From an uncultured virus (IMG/VR IMGVR_UViG_2576861739_000001) (Duplodnaviria > Heunggongvirae > Uroviricota > Caudoviricetes), in IMG/VR virus record IMGVR_UViG_2576861739_000001: a stretch of DNA of 23,587 nucleotides; one strand, written 5' to 3'. A program made the position numbers and the translations under genes. The notes below the pieces were generated by a model. The model worked only from the letters and a program-made list of their open reading frames with translations, made no database searches and was not told the DNA's origin. The first letter of the stretch is position 1. Every line of letters starts with the position of its first letter. Positions 17,106 through 23,587 of this stretch are shown here, piece after piece.

Positions 17106-17858
17106 ATGTTTATGTCTGATTTTCAAGAAAGCGAGGGAAACTTGAAAGAGGATTTTCGCTTTGATCGACTGAAAAATGCTGTGGAGAAAGCTGGTGGCAA
17201 CGCTCAAGTTGCTGGAGCCTGCGGCATCGCCGTTTCAACGCTGAGTTCTTACATGAACGGCGCGGAATGGAAGTTAAGCGTAGCGCGGAAAATAGCAGCA
17301 GCCTGCAACGTAAGTTTACCTTGGCTGTTATTTGGTAACGACTTGGCGGAACGACACTCTCCGCCCATGCCTAACAGCAGACCAACAGCTCATATTATTG
17401 AAGTTTGTAAGCCTAGTAATGATGTCAAAGTCCCTTTTTACGATGAGGCTGAGGCAAGCGCTGGTTTTGGCCTTCTAGGTCCAGATACTCCAGCTCCTTT
17501 GATGGTGAGTATATCTAAGGATTTTCTGGAGAAGCTTGGCTTGCCATCCCACCATACTATTATGCTCAAAGTCCGCGGTGACAGTATGGAACCGACACTA
17601 AAGACGGGAGATACCATAATATTAAATACATCTCCGTCCCGCTCATTAAGCGGTGTGACAGTATTCGTATCGTCCGGCCAGCTAATGGTTAAACGTCTGG
17701 CTCCTACAGCGACTGGAACTGTTCGTATTATTTCTGATAACGATAGATACCCTACAGAAGAGGCAGAAATCAGCCGTTTCCGCTGGGGGCATCCTGATGG
17801 TGACGATGCGATTACAATCATAGGCCGCGTGGCTTATAGGTTGCAGGCAATGTCATAA
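17106..17858 (+). CDS. CI/LexA-type repressor (HTH + S24 peptidase); start uncertain (17043/17106/17112)
   Basis: N-terminal HTH, ASAG cleavage site, GDSMEP (Ser) and MVKRL (Lys). Confidence 0.9.
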   Translation: MFMSDFQESEGNLKEDFRFDRLKNAVEKAGGNAQVAGACGIAVSTLSSYMNGAEWKLSVARKIAAACNVSLPWLLFGNDLAERHSPPMPNSRPTAHIIEVCKPSNDVKVPFYDEAEASAGFGLLGPDTPAPLMVSISKDFLEKLGLPSHHTIMLKVRGDSMEPTLKTGDTIILNTSPSRSLSGVTVFVSSGQLMVKRLAPTATGTVRIISDNDRYPTEEAEISRFRWGHPDGDDAITIIGRVAYRLQAMS

Positions 17859-17885
17859 ATAACTATTTCTTAGCGATATAAAGAA

Positions 17886-18455
17886 ATGACCGAGAAAAAA
17901 CCGGCACGAGGGAGAGAGTTATTCCTTGGTGTGGTAATAATTGCATTTACTATGGCTATTTTTGTCCATGTATTTGGGGGCAATGACACATCATATGCAC
18001 CAACACCTGATGATAAGCCACGACAAGACATGCTGGAAACAGCTGAATTCCACGGAATACCTAATAAAAAACAGGATACAGCCCGGAAAGCTGTAGACGC
18101 ATTACTTAATGCGTGCCCAAATATTTCTAAATACGCTGTTCATGGTGAGAACTTAAAAGTCTATTACTATCCAGAAGGCTGGGAGCAAACGCCAGCTCAT
18201 CTAGATGTAGAACTGGACCTGACACCAGAGAGCCTGAAATCCCTGCCACAAGGCCTGAGAGATCCCCAGTGGGGCGGTCACGTTGAGATAGGTCTGTCTG
18301 GTGGCCAAAAACCCGGAGCAATCATGGAAACACCATTGCCAATGTGGTTATGTGATTTGCCAGTAGATGAAGACATTCTCTCTAGTGCCAAGAGAAACTG
18401 GGTTCAGACAAAACAATTTGTCTCTCTTCCTGGCATCGCTCAAAATAGCTTCTAA
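17886..18455 (+). CDS. Membrane-anchored hypothetical protein (prophage cargo)
   Basis: Single N-terminal TM helix; starts 27 nt after the repressor stop. Confidence 0.75.
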   Translation: MTEKKPARGRELFLGVVIIAFTMAIFVHVFGGNDTSYAPTPDDKPRQDMLETAEFHGIPNKKQDTARKAVDALLNACPNISKYAVHGENLKVYYYPEGWEQTPAHLDVELDLTPESLKSLPQGLRDPQWGGHVEIGLSGGQKPGAIMETPLPMWLCDLPVDEDILSSAKRNWVQTKQFVSLPGIAQNSF

Positions 18456-18999
18456 AAGGGTCTTAAAACGCCTGTTTAAGAAATAGGGTTATCGTCTGGA
18501 AAGTCTCAAACTTCCTGTCCAAAAAGCATAAATCGCTCTCAAGTCGCAGACACGGGAATGTCTATAGGAACGATGTGTAGGGCATAGCAAGGAATGCCAA
18601 TAATCGGCGGTTTTCCTCACGTTATTATCCCACCAAATCCCGTATCGTCCCGTTTAATCCCGTCTATCTTCTAGTCTCATTCCATGTGTCCCCTTACACA
18701 GATTATTCATTCTATCTCAATAAGATGAAATTTTATTATGTTCTGAAGATTTATGAACTTTTCAGAATCGCCCTATACCATTCCTTTGCGGCCATAGAAA
18801 CATTCTGAGCGGAAAATAAAGGGATTTCAATTTATGTCATAATTTTAATTTTAAAAGTTCTGTTTATATAAAAAGAGATTTCTCATAAATTTACTATTTT
18901 TGAAAATAAAAATTGCTAACCATTATGGTCCTGTTTCCCTTACACAAAGCTTGGAAAATAATTTCTAAAGTCTCCTGACAGATTCGTAAGGAAACAAAA

Positions 19000-20742
19000 A
19001 TGTCCTCCCCCGCACTCATCTCGGTTAACGCAGGCGTTGCCACCATTTACAGTAGTGGAGACCTATCCAGCCTTGCCCAGATTTCGGCTCTGTCTGGCAT
19101 TATTGTTACCCGCAACGCACAAACCCCGGCAGATGACCCGGTGGTGGTGGATTTTACATCCGGCCTTGCAGGCGTAAGCGCGCTGTCCTACGTAAGCGTA
19201 CGCAACGGCGCAACCCTGATAAATGATGGCGGGCTGGCCAACATAACCGCTCTTAAAGCCATTAATATTGATGGCGGAACTTACGAATCCACCACCCAGC
19301 TTCTGGATGTTTCAGCACTTTCAGGCATTACCATCGGGCCTGCGGGTGGGGTGCTTAAAATTGATCAGCCCGGCCTTGCTGCGGTTACGCTTAACCTGCC
19401 TATCTCTTATGTAGATGACAAAGGCAACGCCACCAGCACACCGCCAGACAATTTTGTGCTGGATTTGCCCTACCAGAAATTTCTGGGTGGATCACTTGCT
19501 GTTCCTATCAGTGTCAACTATTTTAATGGCGTCACCACCGTTCAGGATGATACCGGGCCAATCACACAGCTTTTGGGCCTTGCAGGCATCAACGTGCTCA
19601 CCCGCACCATCTATATTGATGGCAACCCGTTTGACATGAAAAACGGCCAGACCAAGATATATGATGATTCCAACGGCGCCTCAGATGCCCTTATCTGCTT
19701 TTTGCCCGGCAGCATGATCCGCACCCCCAACGGTGATGTTGCTGTGGAAAACATGGTGATGGGGCAAGAGGTTCTGACATTTGATGCAGATGGTCAGGCC
19801 ACCGCGCGCCCCGTTACATGGGTGGGCAAGGCACAGGCCCGCGTCAACCCGGATCAGCCAGATGATATGGCCGGCTACCCTGTGCGTGTGCGCGCCAACG
19901 CCATTGCCGCAGGCGTGCCCGAAGCAGACCTGCTGATTACGCCAGAACACAGCCTGTATCTGCAAGGCCGCTTTGTGCCTGCGCGCATGCTGGTAAACGG
20001 CACATCCATTGTGTACGACAAAAACATTACCAGTTACGATTACTACCACATTGAAACCGAAGACCATGCCGTTATCATGGCCAACGGCACGTTTACAGAA
20101 AGTTATCTGGATACCGGCAACCGCGCCAGCTTTACGCAAACCGGTGCCGTGGCACGCATTGGTGCCCCGGTTAAAAACTGGGCGCAGGATGCCGCCGCCA
20201 CGCTGGAAACCTCCCGCGCGTTTGTAGAACCTCTGTTCCACACTTTGGCCACACGTGGCAGCACGCTTTACCCGGCGCAGCAGGCCGCGCAGCCTGCCGC
20301 AACATCTCGCCAGCCCAACCTGCATCTGGTTCTGGCAAATGGGCACACCATCCGCCCACTGCGGCACAATAAAGATACCTATACCTTTATGCTGCCCGCG
20401 CAGGATTTGGAAAATGTGCATCTTGTCTCCCGCACATTCCGCCCGTGTGATGCAGAAGGCCCGTTTGTAGATGACCGGCGCATTATGGGTGTGGCTATTG
20501 GGCAGATCAGCGTGGCCTCTGCGGGCACCGTGCACGCCATCACCACACATCTGAACACCGATGATCTGCAAGGATGGCATATTATGGGAGCCTCCCGGCG
20601 CGCACGCTGGACAAACGGCCACGCCGTTCTGCCGCTTCCCGCAGGGTTGCAGGGGCTTTGCCTGCTACAGGTGCAGGTGCTGGCAACAGGTACATACACC
20701 ATGCAGGCCGAGGCCACGGCAGAACGCAAAGAAGCTGTATAA
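19000..20742 (+). CDS. Hint domain-containing protein
   Basis: ICFLPGSMIRTP, LLITPEHSL and YYHIETEDH..IMANG..TESYLDTGNR motifs; adhesin-like N-terminal region. Confidence 0.92.
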   Translation: MSSPALISVNAGVATIYSSGDLSSLAQISALSGIIVTRNAQTPADDPVVVDFTSGLAGVSALSYVSVRNGATLINDGGLANITALKAINIDGGTYESTTQLLDVSALSGITIGPAGGVLKIDQPGLAAVTLNLPISYVDDKGNATSTPPDNFVLDLPYQKFLGGSLAVPISVNYFNGVTTVQDDTGPITQLLGLAGINVLTRTIYIDGNPFDMKNGQTKIYDDSNGASDALICFLPGSMIRTPNGDVAVENMVMGQEVLTFDADGQATARPVTWVGKAQARVNPDQPDDMAGYPVRVRANAIAAGVPEADLLITPEHSLYLQGRFVPARMLVNGTSIVYDKNITSYDYYHIETEDHAVIMANGTFTESYLDTGNRASFTQTGAVARIGAPVKNWAQDAAATLETSRAFVEPLFHTLATRGSTLYPAQQAAQPAATSRQPNLHLVLANGHTIRPLRHNKDTYTFMLPAQDLENVHLVSRTFRPCDAEGPFVDDRRIMGVAIGQISVASAGTVHAITTHLNTDDLQGWHIMGASRRARWTNGHAVLPLPAGLQGLCLLQVQVLATGTYTMQAEATAERKEAV

Positions 20743-20768
20743 AAACGCTTTATTGCAAATACATGTTT

Positions 20769-20809
20769 TGCAAAAAGGGGCTGGTGCGTAAGCATCGGCC
20801 CTTTTTGCA
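20769..20809. terminator. Bidirectional intrinsic terminator
   Basis: TGCAAAAAGGG...CCCTTTTTGCA inverted repeat between convergent genes. Confidence 0.85.
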
Positions 20810-20831
20810 TGGCGTAGAGGGGCTTAGGGGT

Positions 20832-21365
20832 TTATTTTAAAACCTTGCTGTGTGCAGGCATGGTTTTTGGGGTGCGTTTTCTTTTTTCCTGCGCTGCACG
20901 GCGGAATGTTTCCTCCAACGCGGCCAGCTGTTCCAGCACAAGGGCACATTGCGCCGCAATCTTGCGTTGGGCAGAACTGCTGGAAATGGTGGGGAACAGG
21001 GCCTCCCCCATAGCGCGGAAGGAAAGATCATCCACCAGCATCATGCGCAAACGCTGGTGGGCGCACAGGCCCAGTGCATCACGCACCGCGGTAATACGCG
21101 CCATGGCCTGCGCACGCACCATCTGCCAGGATACGGCATCATGCCGCACGGTCTGGCCTTGTGGGGCGGGGCTGGTGTGTTCCAGATAATCATAGTAGCC
21201 AAATACATAGTTGCGGCACCAGCGCTCTGCGGCATCGGCGGCAGCCTGCGTAATGTCTCCGGCATGTAGCAGCCCCTGCACCGTGCGGCGCGGGCGGTTA
21301 AGCGTGGCCTGTGCCATAAGGGCATTGGGGGTTGGGGCCTGTGTGGGTTTTGTATGCGTTTTCAT
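20832..21365 (-). CDS. Phage-type hypothetical protein, possible late regulator (DUF6456-like)
   Basis: Start MKTH with AGGA Shine-Dalgarno; LLHAGDITQAAADAAERW helix and C-terminal HTH-like segment. The family call is tentative. Confidence 0.55.
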   Translation of the reverse strand: MKTHTKPTQAPTPNALMAQATLNRPRRTVQGLLHAGDITQAAADAAERWCRNYVFGYYDYLEHTSPAPQGQTVRHDAVSWQMVRAQAMARITAVRDALGLCAHQRLRMMLVDDLSFRAMGEALFPTISSSSAQRKIAAQCALVLEQLAALEETFRRAAQEKRKRTPKTMPAHSKVLK

Positions 21366-21384
21366 AAACAGTCCTGAAACATCA

Positions 21385-21933
21385 TTATTTTTGCAAATCT
21401 GGTGCACGCGTATCAAGCGCCAGCAGCGCCTTGCAGCCGCGGGCATCGCGCCAGATGGTGTTTGCAAAAGGCAGCAGCACGGCACGCAGTTCTGCCGGAA
21501 CTGGCCAGCGCGCACCTACAGGGTAACCATTGCGGGCAGGCTGGCGCGCCCATGCCAGACGCGCCTGCGGGCACCACGCCCCTACGGGCATATCCGCACA
21601 GACCTCGTATATGGCGCGGCATTGTGCTGCGGCATCTGCCGCCCCCGGTGGGTTGGAAACAAGCTGCCCCAGTTTTTTCAACCACGCGGCCACAATGGGT
21701 TGGCTAACCGGCTGCATGGCCCCCTGCACATGGGCCATAACATTGGGCGGCATATCCCGCGCAGTTAGGGCCACACCCTCACGCAGGGCGGCAAACAGAG
21801 CTTGCACATCTGGCGGCGCAGGCGTGTAGCCACCCCCACCCTGCGGCACTGGTGGCGTGGAACAGCCCTTGCCCGGCCCTCGCCACGCTGCATGCGGCTG
21901 CACCGCGCTTGCGCTGTGTGAAAGAGGCGGCAT
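21385..21933 (-). CDS. Hypothetical protein (position of a helicase-loader-type gene)
   Basis: ATG 21933 lies 1 nt after the upstream stop. Confidence 0.65.
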   Translation of the reverse strand: MPPLSHSASAVQPHAAWRGPGKGCSTPPVPQGGGGYTPAPPDVQALFAALREGVALTARDMPPNVMAHVQGAMQPVSQPIVAAWLKKLGQLVSNPPGAADAAAQCRAIYEVCADMPVGAWCPQARLAWARQPARNGYPVGARWPVPAELRAVLLPFANTIWRDARGCKALLALDTRAPDLQK

Positions 21934-21934
21934 G

Positions 21935-22780
21935 TTACACGCCCTCCACATCCGGCACGCCCTCCCACGCGGCCATACGGCGGGCATGTGGGCTTGCGGG
22001 TTCTTCTGGCGCGGGGCGCATCTGCAACTGGGTGCGCAGGGTGGCATCTATCCACGCCACGGGTTCTGCGGGGTTAAAGTTGGCACATTCGGCCAGCACG
22101 TTCAGCACCACGGTGGCATCATCCCCCGTCAGCTTCAGCCAGCGGCCCAGAATGGCACGGGCGGACCGATCCGGCCTGCCGGTGGCCTTTTTTAAAAACG
22201 CCAGACCAGATTTGAACAGATGCGTGCGCGCATCCGTGTCCGGCCCGAACTTGGTGAGGGGATGTTCTGCTTCTGCCTCTGTTTCTGCCTCTGCTTCTTG
22301 GAGCATAACCTTGGCTTCGGGTGGGGGCGTTATCCCCTGCCCGGCCCTGGTTGCGGGGGCATCGGGCTTAAGCTGCGGGTTGCCCCCGGTGCGGCCCCAT
22401 GCGGCCCCGGCATCGGATGCAGCGCGGTCTCGCACCAGACGGCGAGAATACGGCACGCCCTCCGCCGTGGTGGCATACACACCGGCATCTTGCAGCTCTG
22501 CCATATAGCGGCGCACCTGCTGCGGGCCTACGCCCACCATCTGGGCAATCTGGCGCGGGTGCAGGGGTTTGCCGTTGACACATAAATGGCCGTAGGGCTC
22601 GGCCTCGTGCATCAAGCACAGCAGGCGCATCCACAAGCCTTGGGCGGCCAAGCTGCACAAGCGCAAGGCCGGATCGCGCTCATGGTCCTGCCACCAAAAT
22701 TTGGACCACCTGCGCCGCGTGCTGGCGGGTGTGGCTGCGGGTGTTGCGGGGGATGAGGCTAAAGCAGCAGAACGGGGCAT
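21935..22780 (-). CDS. Phage replication initiator-like protein
   Basis: WSKFWWQD...DPALRLCSLAAQGLWMRLLCLM wHTH, SRRLVRD and GGNP motifs; TGATG coupling. Confidence 0.7.
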   Translation of the reverse strand: MPRSAALASSPATPAATPASTRRRWSKFWWQDHERDPALRLCSLAAQGLWMRLLCLMHEAEPYGHLCVNGKPLHPRQIAQMVGVGPQQVRRYMAELQDAGVYATTAEGVPYSRRLVRDRAASDAGAAWGRTGGNPQLKPDAPATRAGQGITPPPEAKVMLQEAEAETEAEAEHPLTKFGPDTDARTHLFKSGLAFLKKATGRPDRSARAILGRWLKLTGDDATVVLNVLAECANFNPAEPVAWIDATLRTQLQMRPAPEEPASPHARRMAAWEGVPDVEGV

Positions 22781-23331
22781 CAAGCAGCACCTCCGTTCCA
22801 CAGCAGAGCTTGGGCAAGGGCGGCTTCATCCTGCTGCCATGTGGTGGGGGTGTGTGTTTGTGTGGGTTGCCAGTGTTCCAGCCCTTTCCAAAGCCCACGC
22901 ATGGCAATGGGGTGGCCTGCGGGCAGGGGTTCGGGGTCTCGCACCAGTTCGGCATAGCCTTTGGGCTGGGGCGCGTGGGCGGGGGATTGGGCCTTCAGGG
23001 CATCTTCATACCGCATGAGCACCTGCCGCACGCCCTCCATACACCGGCCCACTTCCCGCCCGATCCGCCGGAAGGAATAGCCCCTGCGCCGCAACCCCAC
23101 CATGCTGGCCACCATCTGGGCTGATGTGCCGGGCCGCTGCGCCTGCTGGCAGGCCCGTGTGCTCACACTCCCATCCTCTGGCACCGGCGGGGCGGATTCG
23201 GTATTTCCGTGTGATGTATCACACCGCGTTAAGGGGATAGAAACATCTGCATCCCCCGGCCTGCCCCCCTTATGGGCCGTGTTGTCCGCCCCTTTTCCTG
23301 CACGCTGAGGGGTGGGGGTGCCACTGGCCAT
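22780..23331 (-). CDS. HTH-containing phage protein
   Basis: GGAGGGG Shine-Dalgarno before ATG 23331; LRRRGYSFRRIGREVGRC HTH. Confidence 0.65.
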   Translation of the reverse strand: MASGTPTPQRAGKGADNTAHKGGRPGDADVSIPLTRCDTSHGNTESAPPVPEDGSVSTRACQQAQRPGTSAQMVASMVGLRRRGYSFRRIGREVGRCMEGVRQVLMRYEDALKAQSPAHAPQPKGYAELVRDPEPLPAGHPIAMRGLWKGLEHWQPTQTHTPTTWQQDEAALAQALLWNGGAA

Positions 23332-23539
23332 AACCCCTCCCCCCTTCCGCAAAGACAGCAGGTTAGGAAATGGCAAAACATTATGATTTGAAAACTGTTT
23401 TGATGAAATATCAAACACAATGGAACCGGAAACAGGCATAATGGGTGATCCGTGGGTTGCAGGGTGGCTGGCCATTAACACCACCAAAACATGGCCTGCC
23501 CCGGACGCTATGGTGACCACTCACGCAGCGTCAACCCAA

Positions 23540-23561
23540 AAAATGGGATATATCCCCTTTT
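23540..23561. promoter_or_regulatory. Palindromic operator-like site
   Basis: AAAATGGGATATATCCCCTTTT with a perfect 12-bp core GGGATATATCCC at 23545-23556. Confidence 0.5.
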
Positions 23562-23587
23562 GCGCGCATGGCTCCGGCATGGAATAG

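Larger units (their letters stand above)
1..18698 (-). mobile_element. Mu-like transposable prophage, left half (extends beyond position 1)
   Basis: Mu-like gene order. The candidate terminus reads 5'-TGTAAGGGG on the - strand at 18698 (18700 is an alternative), where composition shifts to very AT-rich. Confidence 0.9.

Noticed and set aside
19681..20622. 313-aa - strand ORF
   Set aside because: Antisense shadow of the Hint gene.

Overview
Bases 1 to ~18700 are the left half of a transposable Mu-like prophage on the - strand; the flanking genes suggest an acetic acid bacterium (Acetobacter-like) host, which is an inference. Reading from the left end near 18698, it carries a membrane cargo gene and an S24 repressor (both +). 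The - strand then runs Ner, ParB-like, XRE, MuA, MuB, small early genes, DUF3164, GemA, a Mor/C-type activator, GH108 endolysin, a holin candidate, gp25/26/27, terminase, a spanin-like pair, portal, gpF, gpG and protease I. To the right lie a Hint-domain gene and a separate GC-rich phage-like replication/regulatory module. Main observations: (1) MuA is frameshifted by a 33-bp insert flanked by a 28-bp duplication, the geometry of a type I-E Cas1-Cas2 spacer integration. (2) gpF has a nuclease-like C-terminal extension followed by a compact multi-stem RNA with loop-loop complementarity instead of an immunity ORF. (3) A 21-bp late-promoter motif sits exactly 29 nt before both the endolysin and protease starts. 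(4) Phased tracts between G and I mark a candidate strong gyrase site.
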